Positions 59,619-64,000 of a stretch of 64,000 nucleotides of DNA are shown in pieces. The DNA is from Eledone cirrhosa (Eukaryota): NCBI GenBank assembly GCA_964016885.1, contig OZ024749.1, positions 5,456,001 to 5,520,000 on the forward strand, given 5' to 3'. Numbering within the stretch: position 1 is the first letter of the stretch; every line of letters starts with the position of its first letter. Below the pieces are notes generated by a model. That model was not told where the DNA came from and ran no database searches. It saw nothing but the letters and a program-made list of their open reading frames with translations. Both the position numbers and the translations under genes were made by a program.

Positions 59619-61797
59619 CTGGTACTATCAGTTAGTCCTATCTCCTGGTACTATTGGTTAGTCCTATCTCCTGGTACTATCTGTGAGTCCTATCTCCTGG
59701 TACTATCTGTTAGTCTTATCTCCTGGTACTATAGGTTAGTCCTATCTCCTAGTACTATCTGTTAGTCCTATCTCCTGGTACTATCTGTGAGTCCTATCTC
59801 CTGGTACTATCTGTTAGTCTTATCTCCTGGTACTATAGGTTAGTCCTATCTCCTAGTACTATCTGTTAGTCCTATCTCCTGGTACTATCTGTGAGTCCTA
59901 TCTCCTGGTACTATCTGTTAGTCTTATCTCCTGGTACTATAGGTTAGTCCTATCTCCTGGTACTATAGGTTAGTCCTATCTCCTGGTACTATAGGTTAGT
60001 GCTAACCGATAGTACTAGGAGATAGGACTAACCGATACTACCAGGAGATAGGACTAACCGATAGTACCAGGAGATAAGACTAACCGATAGTACCATGAGA
60101 TAGGACTAACAGATAGTACCAGGAGATAGGACTAACCGATAGTACCAGGAGATAAGACTAACCGATAGTACCAGGAGATAGGACTAACAGATAGTTCCAG
60201 GTGAGATTAACCAATAGTACCAGGAGATGAGACTAACCGATAGTACCAGGTGAGATTAACTGATAGTACTAGGAGATGAGATTACCCAATAGTACCAGGA
60301 GATAGGACTAACCGATAGTACCAGGAGATAGGACTATCTCCTGGTACTATTGGGTAGTCTCATCTCCTAGTACTATCGGTTAATCTCACCTGGTACTATC
60401 GGTTAGTCTCATCTGGTACTATTGGTTAGTCTCACCTCCAGGTACTATTGGTTAGTCTCATCTGGTACTATTGGTTAGTCTCACCTCCAGGTACTATTGG
60501 TTAGTCTCATCTGGTACTATTGGTTAGTCTCACCTGGAACTATTGGGTAGTCTCATCTCCTGGTACTATTGGTTAGTCTCACCTGGTACTATTGGTTAGT
60601 CTCACCTGGAACTATTGGTTAGTCTCACCTGGTACTATTGGTTAGTCTCATCTCCTGGTACTATCGGTTAATCTCACCTGGTACTATTGGGGAGTCTCAT
60701 CTCCTGGTACTATTGGTTAGTCTCATCTGGTACTATTGGTTAGTCTCACCTGGTACTATTGGTTAGTCTCACCTCCAGGTACTATTGGTTAGTCTCACCT
60801 GGTACTATTGGTTAGTCTCATCTCCTGGTACTATCGGTTAATCTCACCTGGTACTATTGGTTAGTCTCACCTCCAGGTACTATTGGTTAGTCTCACCTCC
60901 TGGTACTATTGGTTAGTCTCACCTCCTGGTACTATCGGTTAGTCTCACATGGTACTATCGGTTAGTCTCACCTCCTGGTACTATTGGTTAGTCTCATCTG
61001 GTACTATAGGTTAGTCTCACCTCCTGGTACTATTGGTTAGTCTCATCTGGTACTATTGGTTAGTCTCATCTGGTACTATTGGTTAGTCTCACCTGGTACT
61101 ATTGGTTAGTCTCACCTCCTGGTACTATCGGTTAGTCTCACCTGGTACTATAGGTTAGTCTCACCTGGTACTATAGGTTAGTCTCACCTGGTACTATTGG
61201 TTAGTCTCATCTGGTACTATAGGTTAGTCTCACCTCCTGGTACTATTGGTTAGTCTCATCTGGTACTATTGGTTAGTCTCATCTGGTACTATTGGTTAGT
61301 CTCACCTGGTACTATTGGTTAGTCTCACCTCCTGGTACTATCGGTTAGTCTCACCTGGTACTATAGGTTAGTCTCACCTGGTACTATAGGTTAGTCTCAC
61401 CTGGTACTATAGGTTAGTCTCACCTGGTACTATTGGTTAGTCTCATCTGGTACTATAGGTTAGTCTTACCTCCTGGTACTATTGGTTAGTCTCATCTGGT
61501 ACTATTGGTTAGTCTCACCTGGTATTATTGGTTAGTCTCACCAGGTACTATTGGTTAGTCTCACCTGGTACTATTGGTTAGTCGCACCTCCTGGTACAAT
61601 TGGTTAGTCTCACCTCCTGGTACTATTGGTTAGTCTCATCACCAGGTACTATTGGTTAGTCTCACCTGGTACTATTGGTTAGTCGCACCTCCTGGTACAA
61701 TTGGTTAGTCTCACCTCCTGGTACTATTGGTTAGTCTCATCATCCGGTACTATTGGTTAGTCTCACCTGGTACTATTGGTTAGTTTCATCTCCTGGC
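59619..61797. repeat. 23/26-bp satellite with internal inverted segment
   Basis: CTGGTACTATTGGTTAGTCTCAC(CTC); reversed orientation at about 60002-60331; 104-bp higher-order period at 59681, 59785, 59889. Confidence 0.95.
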
Positions 61798-62591
61798 AGA
61801 AACAATTTCGGTTGCTATAGTGACAGGGGCTGGAATTTGAACTCACAGATTTGCAATATTTCATAAAGTGACATTAAATATATTTAATTAAGAATCTCTA
61901 TCACTTAAATACAAACAATTAAGTTAAGATAGGAAATATTTTTCTTTGTTAGTTGTTAAGGCGTTGTTGTTTTTGTTTGTTTTTATAATTTATTTCTATA
62001 TTTATCCATATCTTTATTTATTTTTCAATTTGTAAAAGTTGCTAGACTTGGAACTACAAGATATAGTTTATAAGAGATATAATTTAAAAACATCTGCTGC
62101 TGTTACTTCAGCAGACAACTAAAGCACCAATATAAAGATAACATAACAACAACAACACCAATCTAGAGTAAATATCTAGTCAAGAATGCTATCTAATACC
62201 TATGAATTTGTGTAAATGTTTTTATACTTTCAATACACACACAGATATATCTATAACTATTTATCTATCTATCTATTATATATTATATATATATATTATA
62301 TTATATATATATATTATATATATATAGTAAATTATATATATATATATATATTATATTATATATATAGTAAATTATATATATATTATATTATATATATATA
62401 TATTATATATATATATAGTAAATTATATATATATATCCTAAACCGACGGTAGTCGGTTTAGTAATATTGTTGTCTTAGTGATTTCGTTGGCATATATATA
62501 TTATATTATATATATATATAGTAAATTATATATATTATATTATATTTATATATATTATATATATATATATATTATATATATATATATATAT

Positions 62592-62643
<52 letters not shown>

Positions 62644-62764
62644 ATATTATATATATATATTATATTATATTATATATATATATTATATTATATATATATA
62701 TTATATTATATATATTATATTATATATATATATATATATTATATATATATATATTATATTATTT

Positions 62765-62872
62765 GAAATCCAGCCGAGGTTAACTTTGCCTTTCATCCTT
62801 ACGAGGTCGATAAAATAAAGTACCAGTAATGTACTGAGTATTTGCTGGCATTGTGCCAAAAGTAGAAACGAT
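62765..62872 (+). mobile_element. 5'-truncated Nin-type SINE
   Basis: AAATCCAGCCGAGGTTAACTTTGCCTTTCATCC...GTAGAAACGATTAT. Confidence 0.85.
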
Positions 62873-62894
62873 TATATATACATTATATTATGTA

Positions 62895-62950
<56 letters not shown>

Positions 62951-62979
62951 TATATATTATAAATATAAATATATATAAA

Positions 62980-63154
62980 TTAATAAAAACAATGAAATAA
63001 AAACAAAGAACAAGTTCCTTATATTAAAAAATTCATCATTTTACGATCGTTTCTAGGATATATATGTGTGTTGGTATGTATATCATATAGATCTATGTAA
63101 AAATATTACAATCTATCAGGGGAAATATACATACCTTCACATATACAAGCCGTC
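62980..63154 (-). mobile_element. Truncated paralogue of the 6125-6569 HHR element
   Basis: Minus strand: GACGGC...ACACATATATATCCTA-GAAAC-GATC-GTA-AAATGATGAA..TTTAATATAAGGAACT; cut inside the CTGAAGA core. Confidence 0.75.
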
Positions 63155-63964
63155 CTATATATGTATGGGTGTGTTGATGTGTGTACATATATATATAAAA
63201 ATATATGAGTATATTAAATTCAGTGTATATATATATATATATATAGTTGTACATACACGTGTTTGTCTCTCCCTCTCCCCCTCTATTTATTTATATATAT
63301 ATATATATATATAATGTATATAGAGAACAATGAGTAAAAAACATCTTATCTGTCATTTTTCATATATTTTTCTTCGCTAAGCAGAAAAATGATTACTTTT
63401 ACCTTAACTCTCATTCCTTCACACCCTCTCTCTGTCTCTCTCACACTCTCTCTCCGTCTCTATCATCCCCCCCTCTCTATCTCCCCAAACCACTTTCTCT
63501 TCACCACCAGCATCAATACCGCCACCTTCGCAACAAATACCGCCTCTGGCGGTGATGTATATTGTAAGAAATCCACCGCCCAGGAAGAGATAAGGAAGAA
63601 AGAAAGAACTGAGAGAAATGTAGAGAAATGGAGAAGAGAAAGACACATAGAAAGAAAGAGAGAGAGAGAGAGTGAGAGAGAGAGATACTGAGAGAGGGGG
63701 GAGGGCAGAAATAGTGTGGAAGTCCGAAGGAAAAGGAAGAAGTACAAGAGAGATATAGAGAAGAGAATGCAGAGATATATGGGGAGACATAGAGAGCAAA
63801 GGAATAGATTGCGCGGCAGAGACAGAGAAGGAAAGGCAGAGATAGAGAGGGAAAGGCAGAGATGGAGAGGGAAAGGAAGAGAGAGAGAGAGGGAAAGGCA
63901 GAGATAGATGGGGTGACAGAATGAGAGAGAGAGAGAGAAAGGCAGAGATAGATGGGGTGACAGA

Positions 63965-64000
<36 letters not shown>

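Noticed and set aside
62438-62461. 10-bp hairpin CTAAACCGAC/GTCGGTTTAG as a Helitron 3' end
   Set aside because: No CTRR terminus at the expected spacing and no 5' end identified.

Overview
AT-rich, repeat-saturated animal genomic DNA with no recognisable host protein-coding gene. The SINE family and microsatellite spectrum suggest a coleoid cephalopod such as Octopus (inference). All long ORFs in the track are artefacts of (TA)n, (TG)n and (CAC)n microsatellites or of minisatellites. Real coding relics are all transposon-derived: two Tx1/L1-type LINE copies, RTE 3' ends, R4/Dong-like and CRE-like restriction-like endonuclease fragments, a Penelope-like GIY-YIG endonuclease fragment and a nested mariner remnant. 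About 20 tRNA-derived SINEs are present, including a 7-unit array at one target site. The main hidden signal is a dense population of minimal type-I hammerhead ribozyme (HHR) motifs: about 13 complete or near-complete folds, plus degenerate and half copies, from several unrelated families on both strands. Most have a palindromic 4-nt stem-III loop, an AATAAA at the 3' strand of stem I and a 3' end that runs into (TA)n; several sit inside long inverted repeats. One group consistently carries a non-canonical CCGANGA core together with an AATT loop. This fits Penelope-like pseudo-LTR or retrozyme-like elements targeting (TA)n. All folds were read by eye and none has been tested.
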